Positions 19,433-29,253 are shown, numbered from the stretch's first letter. The stretch is DNA of 64,000 nt from Sulfurospirillaceae bacterium (GCA_033723415.1 JAWVXD010000001.1:320001-384000), one strand, 5' to 3'. The notes: generated by a model not told the origin, from the sequence alone. A program made the numbers and translations.

Positions 19433-20389
19433 ATGCCTCAAATATATGATTTGATAATAGTTGGTGGCGGTCCTGGTGGCATAGGGGCTGCAGTAGAGTC
19501 AAACGTGCTTGGCATAAAAAATATACTTTTAATTGAAAAAGGGGACAATCACTCTCAGACAATTAGAAAATTTTATAAAGAGCATAAAAGAGTAGATAAA
19601 GACTATAAAGGTCAAGTTGTTGAACTAGCAGGAAGTATAGAATTTAAAGACGGCACAAAAGAGAGTACTCTTGATTATTTTGATTTTCTCCTAGACAATG
19701 AACAGATAGACGCTGTATTTAACAGTGAAGTAGAGAGTATTGAAAAATCTGACGGCACCTTTTTAGTTACGACTTCAAATGCCGGATATGTTGCAAAAAA
19801 CGTAATAGTTGCGATCGGTCGCATGGGGAAACCAAATAAACCCAGCAATTATAAAATACCGCCTTCAATCACACAAAGAGTAAATTTCAACCTTGATAAA
19901 TGCGTTAAGGGAGAAAAGATCTTAGTTGTAGGAGGAGGAAATTCTGCTGCTGAATATGCAATTGAATTAGCCGAAAACCATATAGTTACATTAAATTATA
20001 GAAGAACAGAGTTCAATAGACTAAACGATAAAAACCTGGAAATGTTAAACGAATACAATGGACACGAAAAACTAAGACTTAGATTAGGATGTGACATCAC
20101 ATCATTGGAAAATGAAGAAGGACTTGTAAAAGTAAATTTTACTGATGGTTACTACACAATATACGATAGAGTTATATACGCGATCGGTGGAACTACTCCT
20201 GTTGAATTTTTGAGAAAATGCGGAATTGAGATGGATGAAAAAAATGAGCCGATATTTGATGAAAATTATGAAACTTCTACAAAAGGATTATTTGTAGGCG
20301 GCGACATCGCTGTAAGAAACGGTGGAAGTATCGCTATAGCTCTAAACCATACTCATCATATTGTTACTTATATTTTAAATAAAATATAG
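19433..20389 (+). CDS. TrxB-like FAD/NAD(P)H oxidoreductase (FqrB-like), copy 2
   Basis: GGGPGG and VGGGNSA motifs; colinear paralogue of 18323..19279. Confidence 0.75.
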   Translation: MPQIYDLIIVGGGPGGIGAAVESNVLGIKNILLIEKGDNHSQTIRKFYKEHKRVDKDYKGQVVELAGSIEFKDGTKESTLDYFDFLLDNEQIDAVFNSEVESIEKSDGTFLVTTSNAGYVAKNVIVAIGRMGKPNKPSNYKIPPSITQRVNFNLDKCVKGEKILVVGGGNSAAEYAIELAENHIVTLNYRRTEFNRLNDKNLEMLNEYNGHEKLRLRLGCDITSLENEEGLVKVNFTDGYYTIYDRVIYAIGGTTPVEFLRKCGIEMDEKNEPIFDENYETSTKGLFVGGDIAVRNGGSIAIALNHTHHIVTYILNKI

Positions 20390-20392
20390 CCT

Positions 20393-20965
20393 ATGCGATA
20401 TAGTTCTTTTTCTATATTTTTGAACTTTATTCTTGTTTTTTTTATAGTAGCCGGATCTGTATATATCTATAAAAAACAGAAGACTGAAGAGACAAGAATA
20501 TTGAAAAACTATATCGCTAAAAAAGATATTAAATTTAGCGATCTGTCAAAAAAAGAGCAAAGAAACTATCTGTACATAGGCTCACCTGATGAATATGATC
20601 CTGATGTTGCTGATTCTTCTGATGAAAATACGAGTCAAAGATACATACAAGAGCTAAAAAACAAGCTTGTTGTAGTACAAGAAGATAATTTGCGTTTATC
20701 TGATGAAAAAGACAAGATATCAAAACTTCTAGCCGATATGAAGTTGGAATTAATAAAACAAAAGAAACTGTTATTGGCACAGAATATAGAGCAGATGGAT
20801 GAAACAGAACAACAACATTATAAAAATATCAGCGAGCTAAGGAAAAGGATAAATGATCTGCAAAGGGAAAATATTGATCTATTGCAAAATGACAATGAGA
20901 GAATAATATCCTTGCAAAATGAAATAAAGATTTTAAAACAAAAATTAAAAGGCAAACAAAAATAA
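20393..20965 (+). CDS. Membrane-anchored coiled-coil hypothetical protein
   Basis: N-terminal TM helix followed by E/K/Q/L-rich heptad-like sequence. Confidence 0.65.
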   Translation: MRYSSFSIFLNFILVFFIVAGSVYIYKKQKTEETRILKNYIAKKDIKFSDLSKKEQRNYLYIGSPDEYDPDVADSSDENTSQRYIQELKNKLVVVQEDNLRLSDEKDKISKLLADMKLELIKQKKLLLAQNIEQMDETEQQHYKNISELRKRINDLQRENIDLLQNDNERIISLQNEIKILKQKLKGKQK

Positions 20966-20968
20966 CAT

Positions 20969-21658
20969 ATGACTTTTTATCAATATAAAAACGGCTATAG
21001 ATATAACAGCGACACTGTATTTTTATATAATTTTATATCAAAATACAACTTAAAAGGAGAGGTTTTAGATGTAGGTTGCGGATGTGGTATATTGGGTCTT
21101 TTATTAAAGCGGGATTTTGATCAGATCAAGCTTACTCAGATTGACATACAGGAAAAAAATACAATTTTGACACAAAAAAATGCCGCAACAAATAATATAA
21201 CAACTAAAGTTATAAGTGATGATTTCCTTATTCATGATTTTGATGAAAAATTTGATGTAATAGTCAGTAATCCACCTTTTTATCACAGCGGTTCTTTGAA
21301 AAGCGAAGATATTTCATTATACTTAAGCAGACATAGTGATGCACTTGTTTTTGATGACTTTGTAAAAAAAGCGTATAAACTTTTGAATCATAGGGGAAGT
21401 TTGATATTTTGCTATGATGCAAAACAAATAGATATCATTACCGCCTCTCTTATTAACGCAAAATTTAAGATAAATGAGTTGCAATTTGTTCATGTAGATA
21501 AGAACAAGCCTGCAAGCCTAGTGATGATTTTAGCCAAAAGAGAGTCCAAAAGTCTTTGCAAGGTATTGCCTTCTATTGTTTTATACGAAAACAAAGAATT
21601 AACAAAGGATGTTCAAAATTTTTTTATAAAGGCAGATACAAACAGTGAAGATATCTAA
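20969..21658 (+). CDS. tRNA1(Val) adenine(37)-N6 methyltransferase-like (YfiC/TrmN family)
   Basis: GYRYNSD, LDVGCGCG SAM-binding motif, NPPFY. Confidence 0.82.
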   Translation: MTFYQYKNGYRYNSDTVFLYNFISKYNLKGEVLDVGCGCGILGLLLKRDFDQIKLTQIDIQEKNTILTQKNAATNNITTKVISDDFLIHDFDEKFDVIVSNPPFYHSGSLKSEDISLYLSRHSDALVFDDFVKKAYKLLNHRGSLIFCYDAKQIDIITASLINAKFKINELQFVHVDKNKPASLVMILAKRESKSLCKVLPSIVLYENKELTKDVQNFFIKADTNSEDI

Positions 21659-22019
21659 AGATGGTTACAATTTTAGTTTTAATCCCAAAGCTTGTGAGAG
21701 CTGCGAAGGAAATTGCTGTATAGGGGAGAGTGGCTATATCTGGGTTGACAAGAAAGAGGCCGAGAATATTGCCGTTTTTTTGGGTATTTCTGTAGAAGAT
21801 TTTTATAGTTTTTATCTAAAAAAAGTCAATTATAAATATTCGTTAAAAGAGATTGAGTATAATGGCGGTTACAAGTGCATCTTTTTTGACGAAACTAAAA
21901 AAGGCTGTACTATTTATCCCGTAAGACCGAAACAATGTATTAGTTTTCCGTTTTGGGATCATTTTAAAACAAATATCAAAGATGTGGAGGATGAATGTCC
22001 AGGTATAGTACGACACTGA
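21645..22019 (+). CDS. YkgJ-family cysteine cluster protein
   Basis: CESCEGNCC, CIFF, CTIYPVRPKQCISFPFW. Confidence 0.88.
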   Translation: MKISKDGYNFSFNPKACESCEGNCCIGESGYIWVDKKEAENIAVFLGISVEDFYSFYLKKVNYKYSLKEIEYNGGYKCIFFDETKKGCTIYPVRPKQCISFPFWDHFKTNIKDVEDECPGIVRH

Positions 22020-23278
22020 TTTTTATAATATTTTTTCTTTTTTACGGGTGTGCTCCAAAAGAGCCTAATGTTCCTATCGGCAAAAAAGCTTTTGCAAATG
22101 AAGATATAATGATAATGAAAGCGCTTGAATATCAAAGACTTGGTAGACATGATGATGTTGTAAGAACGTTTAAAACTCTATATGAAAAAAGCCATAAAAT
22201 TAATTATCTTGAAGAAGAGGCAAGAGCATCCTTCTTAACTAACAATCAAAAGAGAACATATAATATCTTGAAATATGCAATAAACAAATATCCAGAAAAT
22301 CTGTTTTTTAAGAAGTTGCAATCTGGTTATTACATGAAAGAAAAGGATTATCCAAATGCAGAAAAGATCGCATTGGATGTCTTAAATAAAGACAAAAGTG
22401 CTGACAATCTATCTATGCTTGGTGATATTTACTTCATGGAAAAATCATACAATCTATCACTAAAATATTATGAAAGTGCCTTTAAGGTAAATAAATCAGA
22501 AGACTTACTCTTGAGTATGGTAAATCTTCTATATAAATTTTTGGACAGGAAAAAAGAAGCCATATCATATTTGGAAACATATATTAGGATCCAAGATGCA
22601 AGCAAAAATGTTTATTTTACACTCATTAGGATTTATGGAGAAGAAAAGAACATAGACGGACTTATCTCTACTTATGAAGAGTTATATAACAAATTTAAAA
22701 AAGATGAGTACGGTAAAAAAGTAATAGATTTGTTAATGTATAAAAAAGATAAAGATGCTGCTATAAAATTTTTGGAAAAAAGTGACTATAACCCGCAAAT
22801 GTTGCTAGACATCTATACATCAGATAGAGATTTCAAGAATGCATATAGAATAGCAGAAAAGATATATAACTCAACAAATGATATCAATTTTCTAGGTAAA
22901 ATGGCTATATTTGAGTATGAATCAAACAAAGATCATCTCAATGCAAAAATACTAAAATCCGTTTCTATGAAGTTTGAAAAAGTTTTGAAAACTTTGCAAG
23001 ATCCATTGTATTTGAACTATTATGGATATTTATTGATAGATCATGATCTGGATGTCAAAAAAGGTATAAAACTGGTGAAATTAGCGCTTAAGGCAGATAA
23101 AAATTCTCCGTTTTATCTTGATTCTCTTGCATGGGGATACTATAAATTAAACCAATGCTCTAAAGCTATGAAGATCATGAACCAATTTATCAACGAGACC
23201 AACGAACCGGAAGTTATGATGCACTATAAGCTGATTCAAAAATGTTTAATAGACAAAAAGAACAAAGAGAAAAAATGA
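21995..23278 (+). CDS. TPR-repeat lipoprotein
   Basis: Lipobox-like [14 protein letters not shown] and [15 protein letters not shown] motifs. Confidence 0.8.
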   Translation: MSRYSTTLIFIIFFLFYGCAPKEPNVPIGKKAFANEDIMIMKALEYQRLGRHDDVVRTFKTLYEKSHKINYLEEEARASFLTNNQKRTYNILKYAINKYPENLFFKKLQSGYYMKEKDYPNAEKIALDVLNKDKSADNLSMLGDIYFMEKSYNLSLKYYESAFKVNKSEDLLLSMVNLLYKFLDRKKEAISYLETYIRIQDASKNVYFTLIRIYGEEKNIDGLISTYEELYNKFKKDEYGKKVIDLLMYKKDKDAAIKFLEKSDYNPQMLLDIYTSDRDFKNAYRIAEKIYNSTNDINFLGKMAIFEYESNKDHLNAKILKSVSMKFEKVLKTLQDPLYLNYYGYLLIDHDLDVKKGIKLVKLALKADKNSPFYLDSLAWGYYKLNQCSKAMKIMNQFINETNEPEVMMHYKLIQKCLIDKKNKEKK

Positions 23279-24060
23279 TATTAGATGATATAATTGAAAA
23301 AACAAAAGAAGATCTAGAGATCAGAAAAGAAAAATTTTCGATGGATTGGCTAGGCAGGAGCTTAGCTTATAATCCTTATCCTCCAAGAGATGTAAGAGAA
23401 TTTTTGACTTCAAGCAAAGAAGATCCTTATAAGATCATAGCAGAAGTCAAAAAAGCAAGTCCCAGCAAGGGAATCATACGTGAAGAGTTTGATCCTCTTC
23501 AAATCGCAAAAGATTATGAAGCAGGTGGGGCAAATGCTATCTCCGTTTTGACAGAGCCTCACTTTTTCAAAGGTGATCTAGAGTATTTGACGATGCTAAG
23601 AAGATATACATCACTTCCACTTTTGAGAAAAGATTTCATAATAGACGAATACCAGATATTGGAAGCTGCCGTATACGGTGCAGACTTTATCCTGCTTATA
23701 GCAAAAGCACTTTCAAAACAGGAGCTAAAGAAGCTTCTGGAATATGCTTGGAGACTTGGGTTAAATGCTTTGGTCGAGATACATGACAAGGATGATCTCA
23801 CAAAGGCTATCTTTGCAGGAGCCGATATAATAGGCATAAATCACAGAAACCTGGATACATTTGAGATGGATATGAAACTCAGTGAAAAGCTAATACCTCT
23901 TATACCAAATGGCAAGATTATAGTTGCAGAAAGTGGACTCTCGGACAAAGCAACGCTTGTAGAACTGAACAAAGTCGGAGTAGATGCTTTCTTGATCGGA
24001 GAATTTTTTATGAGACAAGATGACATCGTAAAATCACTTAAAGAATTTAAAGAGATCTGA
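23275..24060 (+). CDS. trpC: Indole-3-glycerol phosphate synthase
   Basis: [31 protein letters not shown] 23275 overlaps upstream stop. Confidence 0.96.
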   Translation: MILDDIIEKTKEDLEIRKEKFSMDWLGRSLAYNPYPPRDVREFLTSSKEDPYKIIAEVKKASPSKGIIREEFDPLQIAKDYEAGGANAISVLTEPHFFKGDLEYLTMLRRYTSLPLLRKDFIIDEYQILEAAVYGADFILLIAKALSKQELKKLLEYAWRLGLNALVEIHDKDDLTKAIFAGADIIGINHRNLDTFEMDMKLSEKLIPLIPNGKIIVAESGLSDKATLVELNKVGVDAFLIGEFFMRQDDIVKSLKEFKEI

Positions 24061-24554
24061 TGGATTATTTATATGCGCCTTGGAGAACAGAGTATGTCAC
24101 TAGAGGCAAACATGAGTGCGTTTTTTGTGCTATAGCCGAACATGAAGAAGCTGATGAAGAGAACAGTGTTCTATATCGAGATGAACTTTGCTTTGTTGTC
24201 ATGAATAAGTATCCCTATACTGCAGGACATCTTTTGGTCGTACCAGTATGTCATACCGATTCTATAGAAAGTTTAGATGAAAAGGTCTGGATTCACATCA
24301 GTAAAATTGTAAGACAGTGTAACTCAATGCTAAAAGATGAATTTAACGCCGATGGGATAAATATAGGTATGAATCTTGGCAAAGCAGCAGGTGCCGGGAT
24401 TGCTGAGCATATTCACTACCACATCATGCCACGCTGGCTTGGAGACACTAACTTTATAACCACTATTGCAAACAGCAGGGTCTTTTCAACTGATTTCAAA
24501 AAAATTTATACAAGACTTAAAAATGATATAGGAAAATATGTTAAAAATAATTAG
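24060..24554 (+). CDS. HIT-family hydrolase
   Basis: YAPWR, CVFC, NKYPYTAGH, HIHYH histidine triad. Confidence 0.9.
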   Translation: MDYLYAPWRTEYVTRGKHECVFCAIAEHEEADEENSVLYRDELCFVVMNKYPYTAGHLLVVPVCHTDSIESLDEKVWIHISKIVRQCNSMLKDEFNADGINIGMNLGKAAGAGIAEHIHYHIMPRWLGDTNFITTIANSRVFSTDFKKIYTRLKNDIGKYVKNN

Positions 24555-25545
24555 CACGGAAGATTTTTTAGACGATTTAGATGAATTTGATATCATCATA
24601 GATGCAAGAAGCCCTAAAGAGTATCATCATTCCAAGATTCCAAATGCCGTTAATCTTTATGCTCTAAGCGACAGTGAACATCAGGAAGTAGGGTATATTT
24701 ATAAGCAGCTATCTAAAAATGATGCCAAACTAAAGGGTGCAAGTTACATATGCTTAAATGCTTCAAGACATGTTTTTACACTTAGCAATATGTGTAAAAT
24801 AGGCTCTAAAATAGCTATCTATTGTGCTAGAGGAGGGCTTAGGTCAGCTTCATTAGCCACGATATTTTCCAACATAGGATATAGAGTATATAAACTTGAA
24901 TTTGGTTATAAAGGCTATAGAAACGCCGTGGTAGATTATCTAGAAAATTTCAATCAAATAGATTTTATAGTATTGGGCGGCAATACCGGGTGCGGTAAAA
25001 GTGAACTTTTACAAAATTTAGCAAATTCTATAGATTTGGAAGCCTTGGCAAATCACCTAGGTTCTACATTTGGATCTGTAAAAGGAGTTCAACCGACTCA
25101 AAAAGAGTTTCAAAACAGACTACATGACGCACTCCGTCATGTGGACAAGACTAAGCCGGTATTTATAGAAGGGGAAAGTAAAAGGATTGGCTCGATCATA
25201 TTGCCAGATCTTTTATATAAGAAGATGGGTGAAGGCATGAGAGTTGAGATCACTGCCCCGATTGGACAAAGAGTTGAAAGAATTTTAAAAGATTATATCA
25301 ATATTGATGATGATTTTTTTTATCGTTCAATGGAAAAAATCACTCCATACATCAAAAAAAGTGCGAAGAGCGAAGCTATAAAATTTTATCAAGAAAAAAA
25401 TCTAGCTAAAGTAGCTGAAATCTTACTTTTAGACTATTATGATAACGTTTATAAGAAACCGGAGAAGATAGATATTAGCATAGACAATAGTGATATTTCT
25501 GTTACATTATCAAGACTACATAAGATTTCAAAAGTAAAAAAATAA
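24538..25545 (+). CDS. mnmH: tRNA 2-selenouridine(34) synthase
   Basis: Rhodanese domain DARSPKEY...YCARGGLRS; P-loop GNTGCGKS; DLEALANH.GS.FG; EGESKRIG. Confidence 0.92.
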   Translation: MLKIISTEDFLDDLDEFDIIIDARSPKEYHHSKIPNAVNLYALSDSEHQEVGYIYKQLSKNDAKLKGASYICLNASRHVFTLSNMCKIGSKIAIYCARGGLRSASLATIFSNIGYRVYKLEFGYKGYRNAVVDYLENFNQIDFIVLGGNTGCGKSELLQNLANSIDLEALANHLGSTFGSVKGVQPTQKEFQNRLHDALRHVDKTKPVFIEGESKRIGSIILPDLLYKKMGEGMRVEITAPIGQRVERILKDYINIDDDFFYRSMEKITPYIKKSAKSEAIKFYQEKNLAKVAEILLLDYYDNVYKKPEKIDISIDNSDISVTLSRLHKISKVKK

Positions 25546-25605
25546 TTTTATTTCACTTTTAATACTCATACTGTAAACTCTATAAAAATTTATTAAAGGG
25601 TCAAA

Positions 25606-26064
25606 ATGATAAAAAAGATTTTCTTATTTTCAGTTATCGCTACTTCATTGATAGTAGCCGGTAATATCGAGGTAAAGGATGCTTATGTAAGAGCAGTTCC
25701 ACCAAGTTTACCTAACTCAGCTTCATTCATGAAGCTTATAAATCACAGCAGTGATATCATATATTTGAAGCGAGCAGATTCAACTCTGGCTAAAAGATTA
25801 GAATTACATGAACACACAATGGAAAACGGAATGATGGTTATGCGCAAAGTTCCAAGTATAAAGATACCTGCAAAATCAATGGTTATGCTAAAACCGGGAG
25901 GTTATCATATTATGTTGATTGGCTTGAAAAAGCATCTAAAGAATCATGACACTGTTAAAAAAATTGATCTATATTTTTCAAACGGTGAAAAAGTAATACT
26001 TAGAAATGTGCCTGTAAAAAGCGTTATGGGCGGCATGAACATGAGTAAAATGAAGAAGAACTAG
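25606..26064 (+). CDS. Periplasmic copper chaperone PCuAC
   Basis: Signal peptide; ELHEH..ENGMMVM...LKPGGYHIML copper motif. Confidence 0.92.
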   Translation: MIKKIFLFSVIATSLIVAGNIEVKDAYVRAVPPSLPNSASFMKLINHSSDIIYLKRADSTLAKRLELHEHTMENGMMVMRKVPSIKIPAKSMVMLKPGGYHIMLIGLKKHLKNHDTVKKIDLYFSNGEKVILRNVPVKSVMGGMNMSKMKKN

Positions 26065-26070
26065 ATAACC

Positions 26071-26652
26071 ATGAAAAAAAAGCTTATACTTACACTTCTG
26101 CCTATAGCTGTTTTGGCATTCATTGTCTTTATTGGAGTTCCATACTATCAAAACCAACAATTAGTTAAGAAATATGCATTTACTATGGATTCAGCAGGAG
26201 GTAAGGTAAGCCTGAGTGATTTTAAAGGCAAGATCGCGATCATCTACTTTGGATATATGTACTGTCCTGATATTTGTCCTACAACGCTCAGTATGATTAG
26301 TGATGCACTACATAAACTGCCAAAAGAAGAGGCTAAAAAATTTCAACTGATCTTTATAAGCGTAGATCCGGACAGAGACAAAGTAAAAAATTTGAAAGAA
26401 TACGCTTCCTACTTCTATCCAAGCGCAATCGGCTTGACTTCATCTGCAAAAAATCTAAAAGCTGTCAGTAGAGAATATGGAGCCTATTATTCAAAGATAT
26501 ATGAAAAAGGCTCCAAAACAAACTACTCGGTAGCCCATACTTCAAATGTTTATCTTATGGATAAAGAGGGCAAGCTGGAAAAAACGATCCCTCATACAGA
26601 CGATGAAAATGTATTTCTTACAAATTTCAAGGAAGCCTTGAAATCGATGTGA
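26071..26652 (+). CDS. SCO-family copper chaperone
   Basis: YFGYMYCPDICP, ISVDPDRD, YSVAHT. Confidence 0.92.
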   Translation: MKKKLILTLLPIAVLAFIVFIGVPYYQNQQLVKKYAFTMDSAGGKVSLSDFKGKIAIIYFGYMYCPDICPTTLSMISDALHKLPKEEAKKFQLIFISVDPDRDKVKNLKEYASYFYPSAIGLTSSAKNLKAVSREYGAYYSKIYEKGSKTNYSVAHTSNVYLMDKEGKLEKTIPHTDDENVFLTNFKEALKSM

Positions 26653-26697
26653 CATACTATTCTCATATAATTTTTATAAAGCTATCTATGGGCATTG

Positions 26698-26731
26698 GCT
26701 ACTTTTTTGATATATAAATCAAAGAAGTAGC
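26698..26731 (+). terminator. Putative terminator hairpin after PCuAC-sco
   Basis: GCTACTTTTTTGAT-N6-ATCAAAGAAGTAGC, 14-bp stem with one G-U pair. Confidence 0.55.
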
Positions 26732-26984
26732 AACAAAACACATGAAATAATATAAAGCATTTTTCACATTAGAACCAAATCTCTTGAACATATCAATGTT
26801 ACATATAGATACATATATAATAGTTTGTCTATTAGGCAGTGAATTTATGGTTTTATGTGTTGAAATTTTGACTTAACCTCTAAGTGCGCTTTGATATAAT
26901 CCGCTTTGCTTTTCTTTTAATAATTTATGCTTAGTATTTTTGTGGTATAGTATTCTAAACTAAATAATTATGCAGAGGAATTAT

Positions 26985-27392
26985 ATGGAAGCTATAACAA
27001 CTATTAGCACAATATTATCCAGTGTGAAAACTGCAACAGAAATTGCAAAACTTATCAAAAATAGTTCTACTTCATTAGAAGAAGCAGAAATTAAACTTCA
27101 AATGGCAGAACTTATTGGTACACTTGCTGATATTAAAATTGAACTTGCAGAAGTTCAATTTGCTCAAAGAGAAAAAGAAGAACAAATAAGAAAATTAGAA
27201 AAGCTACTCGCAAAAAAGGAGAAATTGACTTTTAAAAAAGATATGTATTGGATGGAAAATGATGATGTGCCATTTTGTAAAGTTTGTTTTGAAAGTAATT
27301 TAAAATATCATCATTTGGATTATGTAGCAAAAAGTGAATATGGTTTAGAAAGCTACTATTGTCGTGTGTGTAATAATAGCTATTATGTATGA
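26985..27392 (+). CDS. Hypothetical protein: N-terminal coiled coil plus C-terminal zinc ribbon
   Basis: Heptad-rich N-terminal two-thirds; CKVC...CRVC; GAGGA RBS before ATG 26985. Confidence 0.75.
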   Translation: MEAITTISTILSSVKTATEIAKLIKNSSTSLEEAEIKLQMAELIGTLADIKIELAEVQFAQREKEEQIRKLEKLLAKKEKLTFKKDMYWMENDDVPFCKVCFESNLKYHHLDYVAKSEYGLESYYCRVCNNSYYV

Positions 27393-27455
27393 CAGAATTA
27401 GGATAAAAATAGTTGATCCTGCGAACGCAATTATTCGTTAAATCAAACATTAGTA
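27387..27455 (+). other. Degenerate attC-like recombination site (integron cassette remnant)
   Basis: 69 nt beginning at the stop codon: GTATGAC ... AATAGTTG/CAATTATT inner inverted repeat ... TCAAAC-ATTAGTA; both core sites deviate from RYYYAAC/GTTRRRY. Confidence 0.4.
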
Positions 27456-27476
27456 TAACACGATAAGGTAGAAGAA

Positions 27477-28256
27477 TTGCAAAATACAATTAAATGCTAC
27501 ATGTGCACAAGAGATGCTGCTTCTAGGGAACATATACCACCAAAAAATTTATTTCCTGAGCAAAAAGATATTGGAGAAGATTATAGACAATATCTTATTA
27601 CGGTACCAAGTTGTGAAATACATAATAGTGCTAAGAGTAAAGACGATGAATTTTTAATGGTTAGCTTAGCTGGAATATTTGGCAACAACTCAATTGGATA
27701 CTTACATAAATTTACAAAAGTAAATCGTGCAATTAGACGAACTTCGAATAGGCTGCTAGATAAAGCATTTATAAAAAGAAAACACTATTACTTACAAAAG
27801 GACAACAGTTTTATTGAAATAATATGGGGAAATCCAGATTATAAAAGACTGATTACTTGTTTTGAACATATAGCGTATGGACTTCATTATCATCATTTAA
27901 AGAAACGCTTACGAGGTAAAGTAAAAGTTCTTCTTGGTTATCTTCATAGTGAAGATGAAAATAATAATAATTTTGTTCAATTTATAAAACATCAATCGAA
28001 AATTGATTTAAAAGATGTACCTCTATGCGGAGCAAATAAGGATATTTTTTCTTATCAATTTTCAGAACCAGATCATTATGGGACATATTTAGTTCTTATG
28101 AGATTTTATGGAGGAATTGATGTATATGCTTCTTTTTTACCAGAAGACAAACCAGAAGTATATGACTTGGGAATAGCAATTGCAAATGCTTCTGATGAAA
28201 TCATATTCAAAGTCGAAGATAAGGAATATAGGGTCAAACATGTAAATAAAAAATAA
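27477..28256 (+). CDS. HNH-endonuclease-like protein with uncharacterised C-terminal domain
   Basis: CYMC...SREHIPPK...VPSCEIHNSAKS (CxxC, EH, CxxHN pattern). Confidence 0.7.
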   Translation: MQNTIKCYMCTRDAASREHIPPKNLFPEQKDIGEDYRQYLITVPSCEIHNSAKSKDDEFLMVSLAGIFGNNSIGYLHKFTKVNRAIRRTSNRLLDKAFIKRKHYYLQKDNSFIEIIWGNPDYKRLITCFEHIAYGLHYHHLKKRLRGKVKVLLGYLHSEDENNNNFVQFIKHQSKIDLKDVPLCGANKDIFSYQFSEPDHYGTYLVLMRFYGGIDVYASFLPEDKPEVYDLGIAIANASDEIIFKVEDKEYRVKHVNKK

Positions 28257-28323
28257 AATAGCAATCTTGTAGTAGTTTTATATTTTTAAATACCTGATAA
28301 CATATCGGTCTATTCTAAGGTGG

Positions 28324-29226
28324 TTATTGCACTAACCACCTATCTATGACTAAAAATACGACTACTGCTAGGGTGTAAAGGTTTAATTGCATGAAGATTT
28401 TCTTGCACAATCTTTTATCCGACCAGGCATCATCTCTCAGAAGAACAAAGCTTTTATATGCCAAAAAGATTGAATGTAAAATTATAAATGCAAAGATCAC
28501 TGTACTTTTTGGTATAAAAAATGACACAACCATCAGAGCACTTATGATCGTCAACAATATCCATACATAGGTTATATGAGACAATGACTGAGCACCGACC
28601 ACATTTGCCATATTTGGGAACTTTGCTTTATTGTAGTCATTTTGGTACATCAGCACCAATAACCAAAAGTGAGGAATTTGCCATATAAAATAAAACCAAG
28701 CAATGGCCAAGAAAGATGGACTAAATACACTTTGATCCGTAGCCATAGTACACAGCACTGTCGGGATTACACCCAAGATAGCACCTGGAAATACCGCATA
28801 TGCACTAGTTCTTTTCATAGGCGTATAAATAGCATTGTACAGGATAACAACAAAAGCAAATATCACAACTCCACTAATTCCAAGTACGTAATATTCGATC
28901 AATGTTGAAGTACCGATCAATCCTATGATAATTCCTAATGCCTCTTTTTCACTTATACTACCGGTAACTAGAGGTCTGTTTTGTGTTCTTGGCATAAGAG
29001 CGTCTAATTGACGCTCTTGAAACTGGTTTAACGCACTAACACCCAGTGCCAACAAAAATATAGCCAATACAGAAAGCCAAAAACCAGGATTGATTTCATC
29101 TGCAAATAAAAGATATGACAACGCACCGGGTATCATAACCGCAAACGATAGATAAGCCTTTGTCAGAGCAATATAATCTTTTACACCTGCACCTTGTTTA
29201 TCTATTAAAATAGCCGTTTTCATCAC
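28324..29226 (-). CDS. cyoE: Protoheme IX farnesyltransferase (heme O synthase)
   Basis: LNQFQERQLDALMPRTQNRPL, YTPMKR, WQIPHF, DYNKAKFP. Confidence 0.92.
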   Translation of the reverse strand: MMKTAILIDKQGAGVKDYIALTKAYLSFAVMIPGALSYLLFADEINPGFWLSVLAIFLLALGVSALNQFQERQLDALMPRTQNRPLVTGSISEKEALGIIIGLIGTSTLIEYYVLGISGVVIFAFVVILYNAIYTPMKRTSAYAVFPGAILGVIPTVLCTMATDQSVFSPSFLAIAWFYFIWQIPHFWLLVLMYQNDYNKAKFPNMANVVGAQSLSHITYVWILLTIISALMVVSFFIPKSTVIFAFIILHSIFLAYKSFVLLRDDAWSDKRLCKKIFMQLNLYTLAVVVFLVIDRWLVQ

Positions 29227-29253
29227 TAAAATCTCCCTTTGGCTTTCATTTTA

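Noticed and set aside
18323..20389. Thioredoxin reductase (trxB) call for the tandem genes
   Set aside because: Neither protein has the redox-active CxxC of true TrxB.
26732..26920. Integron integrase remnant upstream of the insert
   Set aside because: No ORF of 60 aa or more here; the frame with an SPLD-like ending that I checked contains a stop, and no tyrosine-recombinase motif is recognisable.
28295..28328. Second attC after the HNH-like gene (GATAAC...GTTAT)
   Set aside because: Only about 30 nt between the putative cores, no inner stem, and the right end is the cyoE stop codon; at most a truncated remnant.
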